The position numbers and the translations under genes were made by a program. The notes under the pieces are model-generated. The model saw only the letters and a list, made by a program, of their open reading frames with translations, did no database searches and was not told where the DNA came from. DNA of 60,778 nt, the filler included, from Circinaria calcarea (taxonomy: Eukaryota): assembly GCA_051942165.1 (NCBI GenBank). It is 9 parts of 9 records of this genome, joined end to end, with 100 filler letters (N's around TTAATTAATTAA, not from the genome) between each part and the next. Parts side by side here need not be neighbours in the genome. Positions count along the whole stretch, not along the records: positions 1 to 6,675 come from JAVECS010001519.1; positions 6,776 to 13,449 come from JAVECS010001520.1; 7 more parts are not named here. The stretch is one strand, 5' to 3'. Shown piece after piece: positions 1 to 12,608 of this stretch. The first letter of the stretch is position 1, and the number at the start of each line of letters is the position of its first letter.

Positions 1-1758
1 AGACGAGATGAGACAAGATAAGACAAGATGACCTTTTCTTTCAAATTTACTATAACGTAGGACTGTAGGTTAGGATTGGGATTGGGATGATAGACGGACG
101 AGCTAGACTTGGGTGGGAATTTAGGGATCCTTTGTGGCGAAACGTATGTGGGATATTTAAGTCTTCGGAGCTTTGGGATTTGTGGTTTGTGGGAATGAAG
201 AAGCCAATGGTCCAAACGTTTTTAAATTTATTAATTTATATTCAAAAATTGCGGAGATCAAAAAGCTCAATTCGATAATCTAGGTAATAAAAAGGGTAAG
301 CTTAAAATAAAATTACCTATATCGACCGGAGACCCAAAATTGGGGGCATTAATTACATCTTTATCTACTTCGTCTACCAGTAACGCTGTCAGAAAATGGG
401 GTTTCTCATGTTTCAAACTCAAATTGAGCGAAATCGGAATCGGAAAAAACATCCGGCAACCTTCCGTTCGTCCCTCCCGAATGAGCCATCTGCATAGTAG
501 GATTGACACAGGCCCCACACAGCCCCTTGGGATTTAGAGGTTCCCATCCCCTCCCCTCCTCCTCCCTCCGGGAATTTGTAGAAATTCGCAAAGTTAATGG
601 AACGGGAATCCAGCGGGCTCAGGTTCCAACCCCAGGCGGAAGCGGAAGCGGAGGAAAGAGTTTTTTGGGGGGGGGGGAAGGAAGAGGAGGAACTAGATAC
701 ACGGGAATTGAAGTTGACCTGACCTTATGGACTCGTGTACACCCTACCTACTAGTAGTCGCGATTGCGGTTGTCGGGTACGTACGGTTATACAAGGGACA
801 GGGGATCTACTCCTTACTGCGTGCTATGTTTCTTTCCCCTTTTCCATTTTCGGAGTAAGAGGAGGAGGTCGAAGAAGAAGAAGGCAAAAATCCCACCGAG
901 GCCGGGGCAAGAACAATGACAGAAGGATAAAGGATGATTTTGGTTTGGTTGGAGGAGAGAAAAAGGAACATCCGTTCAGACGCTCACTGGTCTCCCTTGA
1001 TACCTTAAAAGGACGAGGGGATTGCGGATGCGGATGAAGGATCTCACGCAAGGTGAGTTTTTTTGCGGTGGTTCCCTATTTCGCCGATCCCGCGGGGAGA
1101 GGGCCAAAGGGGAGGCTTGGCTGTGGGCTAGGTAGGGGGTTTGGGATTGTTCTACGTGCGTGGGCAGAGAGGAGAGGAAGAAGGGATATGTCGGGCAGGA
1201 GAGAGGGAGATTTTTCCTCGTCCGGGTCCTGTCTTTTTTGGGCCATGAGTGTTATCCCGTTTAATTTTTTTGGTGGGAGGGGAGGATCAGGGGAAAAGGG
1301 GGAAAGGGGAGAGGGTTAGGCATTGGGTCAAGATTTCCAACTTCTTTTCCATTTTTTTTGGAACAATTGGACGGGTAAGAGCAAAAAGTGAGAGAAGGGG
1401 CCATGGCGATGAGGAAGCTGAAAGTGGGAAGATGACCGATTTTGCTCATTAGGATATCAGTATCGCGGGGGCAGTTGGGTAAATGGAGGGAGATAATGGG
1501 TCAGACTGGGGGAACGCAAGCAAAAGCCATGTATCGGTCAAAGACCCCTTCGTTTTATCCGCTGAACTCGTCTAATAGCGTCAAAACTCCAAGCGAAACA
1601 GAAAGGCTACCTCCGAAAATTACTCCTAAGCAAGGTCAGATATTTCCGTCGTGTCCTTTTGTGGATTTCACAAAACATACCGTGTCTTTTCTTGCAGTCT
1701 GCGCTTGTGTCCGAACGCCTCAACCAAACACCCCCCCTCCTTTCCAAGTCCACTTCTT

Positions 1759-2643
1759 TTAATTCTCCCCTTTCCACCCCTTTAGCTCAACGCCCCCTAC
1801 CCACCACGTCCCCGCTTTGACAATTTCCATGAGAACATCAATCTCGTCTCTGCCCCTGGGTGCGTACACCATCACAAACCCCTTGGGAACCCAGGGCCCT
1901 CGTCCTGCCAATGGATGACGTTCGCCCCAGCCATGAGAGATTACCAGAGCGGCATCGGACGGGTGCAGGGTCAGATGCATGCTACTGTCAATTGTGTGCA
2001 GGTGGGTGATCTCGGCAGGTTGCCCGCACGTCGGATTCAGCGGTCTAAGCGAGGTCGGACTCGGCTGGGCAGCCGATTTCACAACGGTCGTTGCGGAGAG
2101 GTAGGGGTTATTCCCGGGCCGTGGAGAGAAGAAGAGGCCGAGGTTGTAGTGCTCGAAGCAGGAGATCCCGGTCGAAAGGAGGTCCGCGTTGGCAGCTTCG
2201 AGATTGGTAATGGCCATGGCGAGAGCGAGCTGCATCTGCGAAGTACCCTTTTGCGTGGTTTGCCGGTGAGGTGCAATGCCGGCTACCCGGGGACGGTGGC
2301 CGAGACGGTAAGGAAGGTCGTGCAGATAGCCATTGGCGGGGAATTCGTGGGCGTCCAAGATCGGGGGGACATAGGGGTCTGAACGGGCGAAGAAGACACG
2401 GAGGAAAGTGACGCGCAGGTAGCCGCTGAAGGTGGCCGGAGTGCCCCCCGGTCCCAAGGAGAGATAGGCCCGGTAGTCATTGGAAACGTATCGATACAAC
2501 GGGAAGAGAATAAGGAGTACGAGGACGATGCACCAGAGGCAACGGACGGCAAGACTCCGCGAGATAATGGGTCCGGTCAGGTAAGGCAAGGGGCCATCCT
2601 TGTCGGAGAGGAGACCGTGGAGACGGCTGGAGATGGCTGTCAT
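1759..2643 (-). CDS. Fungal luciferase (Luz)-family / Luciferase-domain (former DUF5519) protein, 294 aa, intronless, N-terminal transmembrane anchor
   Basis: Hydrophobic segment (LWCIVLVLLILFPLY) followed by motifs in the order I recall for Neonothopanus nambi Luz: DYRAYLSLGPGGTP, YLHDLPYRLGHRP, HRQTTQ, SCFEH, EITHLHTIDSSMHLTL, GWGERHPLAG, VYAPRGRDE. Confidence 0.85.
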   Translation of the reverse strand: MTAISSRLHGLLSDKDGPLPYLTGPIISRSLAVRCLWCIVLVLLILFPLYRYVSNDYRAYLSLGPGGTPATFSGYLRVTFLRVFFARSDPYVPPILDAHEFPANGYLHDLPYRLGHRPRVAGIAPHRQTTQKGTSQMQLALAMAITNLEAANADLLSTGISCFEHYNLGLFFSPRPGNNPYLSATTVVKSAAQPSPTSLRPLNPTCGQPAEITHLHTIDSSMHLTLHPSDAALVISHGWGERHPLAGRGPWVPKGFVMVYAPRGRDEIDVLMEIVKAGTWWVGGVELKGWKGEN

Positions 2644-4560
2644 GGCCCGAATGAGAAGGGCTTCAGCCTATTCAAAGGTAGTGGAGATAGGGAGGGTACC
2701 TGGCAGCCATGGTTAACCTCTCGTAGGCGACATGTCAACGGGGAATGTGACGCTCTTAGCTTCTTCCGGGCGTACTTTTTGATGCCTATTGCTTTTGATT
2801 AGAGTAATTCGAGGGTCAAGGGAGTACCTGAAATTTGGGCAAAAGGTGATGGTATGGCAATTGACTGGAATCTCATTTACTCGGGAGTGTGGATGGGCAG
2901 CAAGTCTACAGGTTTGGAGCTGCTTCTTAAATAAATCACTTCTCGTAGTTTACCTCGTGTTGGTGCGTGACGTAGCACGATTGTGCACATATTTCTCTGG
3001 AGTAGCGGTAACGAAGACTGGAAGTTTCTCCCCTTACACAAAGCAGCCCGGGGAGGTCATGGGGATTATTGGTCGGAAGACAATCCGAGAGGTAAAAGCT
3101 GACGGATTACCGTATACTCGCTTAATCGCCACAGGGATCTTCGATGGGGCTTTGGGGGAACGACGTATTTGGCCGTTGGGCATCTCTTTCGACAGCAAAC
3201 ACGTGCAGCCCGGGAGTTCTTTGGTACCAAATTGAAGCCATTCGTGATTGCTGTGTAACAGAGAGATCCTACATCACGTTTGGATACAGTCTTACCCATG
3301 AAACTTTGCGGTTGGCTGATTCCACTCCGACAATGATCGAGTATGGCTTTTGGACGATTCACTAACGTCCACCCTGTGACCGTTTTATTAGTATACTCGG
3401 TAAAGGAGTAGTTGTGCCCTGACTGACTATATGGAGTTTGGCCAATCGCTTGCAGCTTTCAGATCGAGGCTTGCGTTGACCCTGCCTGGTCTCCGAGCCC
3501 TCTCTGCAAGCCAACAGCCTTTTTTGTTCCGGCGGTAGTGGAATTGGTGTTTGGGCAAATAGCATTAGGGTACAGTTTGACACGCGACGCATAACTACCC
3601 ACGTGGACGATATGCGAAGCCGCCGTGAGGGCATGTGAGGTCGTACAACAGGTCGGAAGGATACGATCCGCAGGAGCCGTAGAAGAATCCTTCGCACAGC
3701 CTCTCTGAAGACTACGAGCGTGATCCATCACTCATCATATCCAAGTAGAGTCCCGCTTACAATCTCCTGCTCGACTATGGCAATCCTCGCTGGATTTGAA
3801 AGGGGGAGAGACTGGGAAGTCAGGAACACGATGTTCTTGCATTATCGCCAGCACCACAACGCACTTGGAGATCACAGCGCATACGCTATTTCAGCAACCG
3901 CAGCGACAAATCTCTGCTACGCTGCAGGAATACAGCCCTTGACCATAGCTGATGTTGCAACTGGTCCTGCAGTCTCCTCATACTCATGTACTCCGCACGT
4001 CGATACGTCGAGGTTGATGAGTCCTCATGCCTTGGATGTCCCGACAACTGGGCGATGAGATGCCAGCCAAGACTAAAACCATCCAATCTTCCCCAAAAGT
4101 GCCCGAGCCTTCTTCCAGACTTGACCCAGCTGAGAGGATGTTCCTTATCACCTTGATTGAAACGGAGGTTCTAGTCTAGGCTCTCCGATGAGGCTGAAAT
4201 GGATAAAGATGAACGGGAGTAATCCCGCTCGCCAAAGGCAACCGGCGGCAATCCGCCCGGCCTTATGTTTTTCCATTGCAGGTACCTCTGATAGGAGGAA
4301 TCACAGTCGAAGATAAACAATGGAACTCCACCGACCATGAAAGTTGGCTTCACTCACCGTTGCTACTGATCTGTCGTTACTCTTTCGCTCGTTCCCATTG
4401 CTGGTAGTCTTGATCAGCACGATGGTTTTTCTCTGTACAAAATAGCCTTCAATTGTCTGTACAAACCACAAACTTCGATTACGGCACGCCTCCCACAGCG
4501 CACGTCATCTGAGAAATTCGCCTTCGCCGGACACGCAGCTTCATCACTTGAGCCGATAAC

Positions 4561-6675
4561 ATGCCTCGCCCGAGAAGGCGCTCTATACGGGAAGAAGGAG
4601 ATGAGCAATACGATCTTGGGAATGCACCAGATATCGAAAAGCATGGCTATGATCCACACGACACTTCCTTTTCATCCATCGAATCTGAAGATGACGAAGC
4701 AACCTCTCCGTCTACTAGCTCGATCAACTCATCGAGGGGGACATCTGGCTCTTATCAGCCAATGCTGGGGAAGCCGAAACGGAAGTCCAAATACTATTAC
4801 CTGTACAGACTGCCCAATCGAACCATGCGGTATCTGTGTCTAGCCCTCATGTCAACCATCATTCTTTTCATACTGAGCTTGGTGCGGATGAGTTGGACAT
4901 CTGCGAAACAATTGGAGCTGGGGATACTACGGACAACGAACCCACAACCAGCACAATGGGAGAGCTTTGAATTCTTGACAAGGTATTATGGGGGTATACG
5001 GACATTGGTTCCTCGCGATCGGAACCTCCCCGAATATCCCAGCGAGCAAGAGACAGCACAATCACCTAGCAACGAGTCGATTAGTGCAAGATCATTACCA
5101 TCCAGTACACCTTTCCATCCATATCCCGATTACACCTCAACAACCTATAAGCTGGAGTACGGACCTGTACGAGAATGCTTTTTGGATGGGGAAGAGAAAA
5201 TCAAGATACCAGATATACATTCATACCTTGGTGTCCCCCAAGGTTTACCGGATCCGGTAATGGGGTCCTATGAACTCCTCGACATACAGAATACAAACTG
5301 CTTTGAACGCTTTGGTAGACTAGGAGCATACGGATTTGGGTATAGTTTGAGGAAAGGTGGAATTGGTGCGGGATTGAATGGAGATCGTGATGGTGTAGAG
5401 AGGGTCTGGAATGCAGCTCCGGAGGTGGATTATACTCGGGTAAAGTGGGGAGAAGCACAGAAAAAATGTCTTAGCAAGAATAACCACCGATTTGAGCCGT
5501 CACCAGAGAGACATGGAAACACTTTCTCAGATATGGACGTTAAAAGAGACTTAGCGGAGCACGGCGGCAGCAACAGAGCTCTGGGTCGTCGCGAAGGGAC
5601 ATCCGCGGATTATCCACTCTTGAATCAGACCAGATCCGGCTCAACCCAAGCTGGTCTGAAGCAAATATCTCGAACCGCCGTAGTTATCCGAACTTGGTGG
5701 GATTATGCATATACTCAAGAAGACATTCTCTACCTCCGGTCGTTGATTGCAGAGCTTTCATTGCAGACCGGTGGTGAATACACCATACATTTCCTGATTC
5801 ATGTCAAAGATGACAATGTGGCAATTTGGGCGGATCAGGACACTTATGATCGAGTACTGACAAAGGCACTTCCGAAAGAGTTTCATGGTATGGGTACTCT
5901 TTGGACTGAACGGCAGATGGGTCTAGTTTATGGTGGATTGGCCGAGAGTTACTACCGTGACCTGCCGGTTCACGGTGTTTATCGAAGTACTTTTATGCCA
6001 CTACAGTACTTTGCACACCAGCATCCCGAGTACGACTACTTTTGGAACTGGGAAATGGATATTCGTTACACCGGTCACTGGTATCACCTTTTTGACAAGG
6101 TTCGAACATGGGCAAAGCAGCAGCCTCGCAAGGGACTCTGGGAGCGTAACGGGCGTTTTTATGTCCCGTCGGTCCATGGCACATGGGAAGACTTTAAACA
6201 AATGGTCCGGGTGCAGTCCGAGATAGGTAGCGCCAGTTCTAACAACTTGTGGTCGGGGCTCGGTTCAGCTAAGCAAACTTCTGGCGGGAATGCTCGGTCA
6301 AAGGTTGACAAACCAATATGGGGTCCCCATGCGCCCGAAGATGTACTCAAGCTTGGAAGTAATCCTTCTCCGACTACGGCATATGAGAAAGACAAATACA
6401 CCTGGGGCGTTGGTGAAGAAGCTGATCTAATTACCTTCAATCCCATGTTCGACCCCGATGGCACCACCTGGCTTCTTGCCGAAGACTTTACGGGTTACAA
6501 TACCACCGCTGGTCCCCCACCCCGCCGTGCAGCAATCATCACCGCATCTCGCCTCTCCCGCCGCTTACTCGACACCATGCACCGCGAAGTCGCTCTCCAG
6601 CGCCATACCATGTTCTCGGAAATGTGGCCTGCCTCATGCGCGCTCCACCACGGCCTGAAAGCCGTCTACGCCCCT
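4561..6675 (+). CDS. DUF3405-family type II membrane protein (3' end truncated by contig end)
   Basis: Open frame of more than 700 codons with a single TM (YLCLALMSTIILFILSLV) and family-typical motifs RTAVVIRTW, LRSLIAELSL, EYDYFWNWEMDIRYTGHWY, WGVGEEADLIT, TASRLSRRLL, SEMWPASCALHHGLKAVYAP. Confidence 0.8.
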
Positions 6676-6775
6676 NNNNNNNNNNNNNNNNNNNNNNNNN
6701 NNNNNNNNNNNNNNNNNNNTTAATTAATTAANNNNNNNNNNNNNNNNNNNNNNNNNNNNNNNNNNNNNNNNNNNN
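6676..6775. other. Artificial contig spacer (N44-TTAATTAATTAA-N44)
   Basis: Identical 100-bp spacers with a six-frame stop linker recur at 13450-13549, 20221-20320, 26991-27090, 33754-33853, 40517-40616, 47278-47377 and 54031-54130. Confidence 0.99.
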
Positions 6776-7430
6776 CCTTCAGCACGACCCCCCACCGCCC
6801 CGCAACCCTCAACCAAGTCCTCCGACGGTGCCGCGTCCCGCAACGCGCCCGCAAACCCGTCTCGCCCGCCCTCGTCAACCGGCCGGAGATGAAAGGCGTC
6901 TGCCTCAAAGTCGGCATCACGAAACCGAAGAAACCCAACTCGGCCGAGCGGAAGACGGCGCGCGTGCGGCTGAGTAGCGGCAGGCATGTTACGGCGTATA
7001 TCCCGGGCGAAGGTGAGTTCTTTTCTTTCCTTTTTGGTGTTTTGGGGGAATGGGGGAGGGGAAAAGGGATAGGGAAAGGGAAAAGGAACAAGGAAAAGGC
7101 AGATGATGAGGGCTGATTAACATGGATGGCGGGGGTGAAATAGGCCACAACGTCCAACAGCACAGCGTAGTCCTCGTCCGAGGAGGCCGGAGCCAGGATT
7201 GTCCCGGGGTGCGGTATCATCTCGTGAGGGGGGCGATGGATCTGGTAAGTCTTCTTGGTTTTCTTTGTTCCCCTTGGGACGATGGGATTATCCTTCTATA
7301 TTGTTACATGGGAGAAAGGGGTGTGTGCGGGCACTGATTGCGGGTGTGTTTTCTTTTCTAGGGAGGGGTTGGGAATCGGATTACGAGTCGGTCGAAATAT
7401 GGGACGAAGAAGCCAAAGGCGGCGTCTTAA
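6776..7430 (+). CDS. MRPS12: Mitochondrial ribosomal protein uS12m (5' truncated); exons <6776-7012, 7144-7244, 7362-7430
   Basis: [102 protein letters not shown] and GTAAGT..TAG introns keep the frame. Confidence 0.96.
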
Positions 7431-7789
7431 GGGGGGAAGTGATGGAGGATTGGATTTGGATGGAAGGCGGAATTACTTAGTATGTCTATGCGGAGATAAT
7501 CTCTCTCTTTGGAGGTCGGGAGCACCTTGCAGACCTTGGGATCAGGTGCTCGAGAAATACCGGGGCTACCAGGAATCAATCTGTAAATTGAAAGATTTAG
7601 GAGTTGACAGATTGATTTGTTCCAAAGTCTGTTGGCATATGTATAGTATGTATAGAATGGGAATTCATAGCCTGGTACATGCGGACATTCTCATGTCAAG
7701 AGTCCAATTTTCCACCCTATGAGAGACCATAGCTCTGTGAACTCTCTAGTAACACCATTCAGCTGAGTTCACCAATCTCTCCTAAAATC

Positions 7790-9213
7790 CTAATCTTGTT
7801 CGTTTTGGTAGCCTTCCGGCTTGGTCATCCCGTTTAACTCGAAGAACCTAGAGGTACCTGTTGATAATCAGCATTTAAGCAGGTATAGATATAAAACCAG
7901 ATCAACCCACATGAATAACCCTTCCAATCAAAATTATCTTTGGGGTTGCAGTGACACTTCAAATCCAGCTTCATCTGCTGGCCTGTTGGACAATGCGTAA
8001 AGGGTACATGGTAGTATGCAATGTCATTGAAAAAATGGATCTCCTCTTTCTTCAGCAGCAGAGCTGCGGCGATAGAATGTACAGGCGCATCACCCCAGCG
8101 CTCATAAAAGAATCCGCCGTCCTTGTCGAGGGTTTCGAAGTAATCCAAGTAGGCCTTGGATCGCAACCAATTGAGATTGCCGATCTCGAAATTAGACCAC
8201 TAAAATAAGTTAGGGGACTATGGCTCTAAACTCTACCAGAGACGTTACTTACGAAGTGACAATGGTTATAGGTGTCTCCATTATTATCACTCAAGAATCC
8301 CATGGAGTTTCCCTGTGCAATATGCTCGGGGTGCTTCTTCATATATCCTTTTACACTGTCCCAAAGCGTCGGGATTGTTTCCACGTACTCGTATAAACTA
8401 AGTACAAAGCTGTATTTCTTACCATGGTCTTGCATGTACTTGAAGGTATCATAGTTGATGTCGCAGTAAAGTTCGACACTCGGTTCGACCCTCCAATACC
8501 ACTCAAACTGATTCATTAGAGGGTGGCGGAAGAAAAATCCAGACTCGAATCGACACATGTGTCTGTAGCTAATAGAATCTCCGTAGATAATCTTACGCTC
8601 AGCCATGTCTTCCCGAACTTTACGAGCCTTATCCTGATCAATGAACTCAGGGAATGACCAATGCTCCGTAGGTATCACGCCATAATGGGTTTTCCCGGAA
8701 ATCAGCGACGATGTTACCTTTTTGAAGGTCTCGTCGAAAGGCTTATCATTCAAAAATACCCAGTCGTAGTTGAATTTTCGATTGAATCTATCTTCGACCT
8801 GTCGAATGGATTTGGCAATCTCCCACAAGTCTGTATTTCGAGCTAGAGTGACGAAAGTAGCGTTCATCCGTTCACCAGCTACAGTTGCGGGGGGGAGCCC
8901 GGTGGGAGTATTGGGGGTAGTTGCGGATTGCGATGCAGCTGCGGCTGCCGGAGATACTGAAGATATTGGTGATGGCGCACCGGATGGAGGAAGCGGCCGG
9001 GGAGCATCTGAAGTAGGGCGTTTTGTGTCTTGGGGTGAGTTTAATGGGTTTCCTGTTCCAGGTAATGTCGCGGTAGGTATGGAAGAGGAGGTCAAGAAGT
9101 ACAGAGCACCCAAGGCCTGCGCCTTCTTAGTAAGTAAATTTGGAATCGAAATATCAACTTACGAAGAATGCAAAAAGGATGTATCGGATGTATCTTGTAG
9201 AGCCTGAAGCCAT
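7790..9213 (-). CDS. MNT1: GT15 alpha-1,2-mannosyltransferase (KRE2/MNT1 family), multi-exon
   Basis: Start [17 protein letters not shown] followed by an intron and TM; motifs [53 protein letters not shown]; spliced last exon ends [13 protein letters not shown]. Confidence 0.93.
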
Positions 9214-9862
9214 CTCGGCGGAAGTCCTGCCAATTGGCAAGACGGCCTTTTCCTTCAAATCCACGTTTGCCTTGTGTTTCTTATCTCGGCGGGTCGATTG
9301 GGTTTACTGCGACCACGAATATTCCAATGTCCACCTCTGCCGCGTTATTACTCTTTCTGCTTAATTTCTGACTCGACAATTCGACAGAGACTCAGCGACT
9401 CTGGGGAAAAGGGGAAGATCATACACCCTGTGTGCTAACTACTGTGGTAGTTGTGGGATGAGAGACAAACGTATCTCGCCTCCCCACACGTAGTAAGAAA
9501 AGAAGGTGTCGAAAAGAATGTAAAGGATGCAAGGGGTCGAAGGTGACTTTATTGGCAGAGCTTTGAATATGTCACTCCTTATTCGAATCGGGTAACTCTG
9601 CGGATTACGGTGAGCCAAAGCGCAGAGAGCTCAGACTATCCGGGACTCCTCGGCCCGGTCAAGGATGTACCACAGTAAGAAGCTTGTCTTTGGGTGTGTC
9701 CGTAGCCCCTCCGAACAATCACCATCATCGCTGATTGATTCACTGCGATAAACAAACCGCCTCTTCTGAATCCCTTTTCTTTCCCTTTTCTTCGTCTTCT
9801 CACTTTCCTGCGCAAACTTGGGTTCACTTCATGTAACTCAGCGAGCAACATTTGAGGCAATA

Positions 9863-12608
9863 ATGTCTTTTTTTGGCTCCGATGTGACTTTGCCAAGGGA
9901 CCGCGGCCATCCTGCCAATGCCCCCGGCTTTGGTCAGGTCCAAGATCCCTTCGCCAGCCTATCTAGGGACAGAGCACTCGAAGAGGATGATGATGATGAT
10001 GGGTATGCTAATCAGTGTCATGTTGTACGGACAGCTGGCTAACTGAGGCTGGATAACCCAGTATTGACTTTGATGATACATATGACGGTCTGGGCGATCA
10101 ACTAGAGGAGGCAAACGATGAGTTCAACGATGATACCTTTGGGAGCGGGGCGAACGATATCGTCGCTGCAACAAAGCCTGTAGGGAAGGATTTCGACTTC
10201 TTCGGACAGACGGCCAAAGTTTCAGATGCAATCTCTGAGGAGCAGATGAGATTCAGCAGACAACAAGCACCCTCTAAATCCGTAGCGAGTATATCTTCAA
10301 ATCCCCCAAAGCCAGCGTCAAAGCCGGCTAGGACAGGGTATGAGAAGTATAAAGAGCCAAACTATATCTCGGATCTGCAAGTGGATCCAGCTCTATGGGG
10401 AGCGCCAGTTCGTCCTGTGGGTGGTGAAGTCCATGGTACGGGCCGTCTAGCAAGTCAGAGCACGATAAGCTCGCAGGTCCCTGCACCAAGTGCAGCGCCG
10501 GCAAGAAAAATGATGAGTTTAGAGGAGGTTGAGGCCGCAATGCGTTCCCAAGCCAAGCAACCCGCCCCTGCTTCAGCTACGCTACCGCAACCACAAGCAC
10601 GACAACAAACTCCATATCAACAACTAAAACCGCAGCAATATAATCAGGTACCTATCATGCAATCAGTACCACCGTTTCAATCTCAACAAAGTTTTATTCC
10701 TCAGTCAAGTGAGATGCCCAGATACCATCAGCAACCATCTCAACAATTTGAACAGCGACAAAGGTCTCAATTACATATGCAACCGGTGAACACCCAAACG
10801 AATACGACTCAACCAACTGTTCAGCCTTCACAGCGTTTCCAAACTCAACCACATCCGCCGGTGGACCTTCGTGAAACGGTGCAACCTCGTCAGATCTTGC
10901 AAAATCCGAGAAGACACCAAGCACCTCAAGAGCAAACACAACAGCTACAGAGCACAGCACCTGTTCTGCCTGTGGCACAATCCTGGGCGCCTCCTGGTTT
11001 CATCCATCCTTCTGCAGTCATCACACATCCCCAGCAGCTCATGCAACTGTCTGAGGAAGAGCGTGCTGCGTTCCTTGTCGAAGATGCCAAGCGGGCCAAA
11101 CGCAATCACAAGATCTTCCTCCTTTCGAAAGACAATGGCTTAATGACACCGCAGGATAAAAACTTCATAACCCGTATTCAACTGCAGCAGCTCATGACAG
11201 CAACGGGAAATGCCAATGAACAGGATCCCGATGCCGCTCTTGCTGAAGATTTCTATTACCAAGTTCATAGTCAGATACGTGGCGGCCCAAGGCAGAATCC
11301 CCATCAGCCGCTAAGTCATTTTGCTCAGACCTATCTCTTTCAGACCGGCGGTCGCCAGGGTGGATTAGGTCGAAGACAATACAGAGGTGGAGATAACCAC
11401 ATGCAACGAATGGAGCAACAAGTTCAAAGGGCAGTTGAGGCGGCTAAGCTGAAGCCCAAAAATAAGCAGCTCGTCATCGAGGGTAGTTTAGGTAAAATTT
11501 CCTTCAGCAATGCCAAAACTCCGAAACCGCTGCTCAACATCAAGCGTAATGAAAGTGGAGATTTGACGAATCGCCCACAGAGTGCTGGGCGTCAACCAAG
11601 TAAGAACAAGGTACCGCAAACCGAAATGAGCGCGAGTGACCGCAAAAGTATCCTGAGGAATATCGAGGCCGTATACTCTACGCTTATGAAGATTGAGGAC
11701 CACGAACGGCGTGAACCACTTCCACCCACCGACGATACCGATGCTGCCACCGTTCAACAGCACATGGAATGGCGCCATACAATGCAACTCCTAACCCAGG
11801 ACTTGTGGAATGAACTTAAAGTCATGGAACCTGTCAATCCTGGGTCTACCATCCCCCATCCTTTCATCGCCCTTTTGTCATATCCAAAAGGTAAAAAGGC
11901 CATTCCTCGGGTCTTCCGCCACATTCAGAACGAGCGGGTAACCATGGTGACTATGATTGTCTTTCACCTGGATATCCTTGACGTGATCCGCCTTGGTCAA
12001 CTCCAGCCTGGCGAGACACAGCTTCCCACTGCCGCTCGCGATGCGATTGATCTATTTACTCAGTCAGTAATGCCAAGTTTGATTGGCTTCTTCAGCGAAG
12101 CACCGCTTGATATTATCATTGGGATGCTGGGAGTCATTCTTGAAAAAGTCAATACCCGAGCTATTGCTCGGACTAAAGTTGGACTGGGTATCTTGACACT
12201 ACTTCTTAGTCGTGCTGAACTTGTTAAGCAAGCCGGAGGGGTTAGTGACCAGGAATGGAACCTTTGGAATAGCTTCTACAACCGCCTATTTGACATTCTC
12301 GAACCCACCCTCGGGGGTATTTTCCCCGGGTCTATTAACAGTGGGGAGGACATGTATGTATGGCAATTTTTGGCCGCTATAGGTATCAATGCGAACCCGG
12401 AGCAGCAGCAGAGGCTTGTCATTGCTGTCAAGTATGTTTTCATGTATCCCTTGCATGACTAGGATGCTAACGTAACTGAAATAGGGATCGTGTCATGGAA
12501 ACTGTCATGCAGAGCAAAACCCTGCCTCCAGACATGGCAAGCCAACGTCTAGGCAATGTGAACTTATTCATGCGTTCTATCGGACTCGACGTGGAGCAGC
12601 TTGGTTGA
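9863..12608 (+). CDS. PAT1: Pat1 mRNA decapping activator (topoisomerase II-associated protein), introns near 10003-10061 and 12432-12485
   Basis: MSFFG start, acidic DEFNDDTFG, MMSLEEVEAAM, GLMTPQDKNFITRIQLQQL, EDFYYQV, EGSLGKIS, KGKKAIPR, YVWQFLAA, C-terminal NVNLFMRSIGLD. Confidence 0.95.

Noticed and set aside
267..1452. Short ORFs and splice-like signals at the start of contig 1, including an 'MREILH' tubulin-like start at 1051 (-)
   Set aside because: The start is TTG and the similarity ends after six residues; the putative + exon 981-1052 has stops in all three frames; no coherent gene model.
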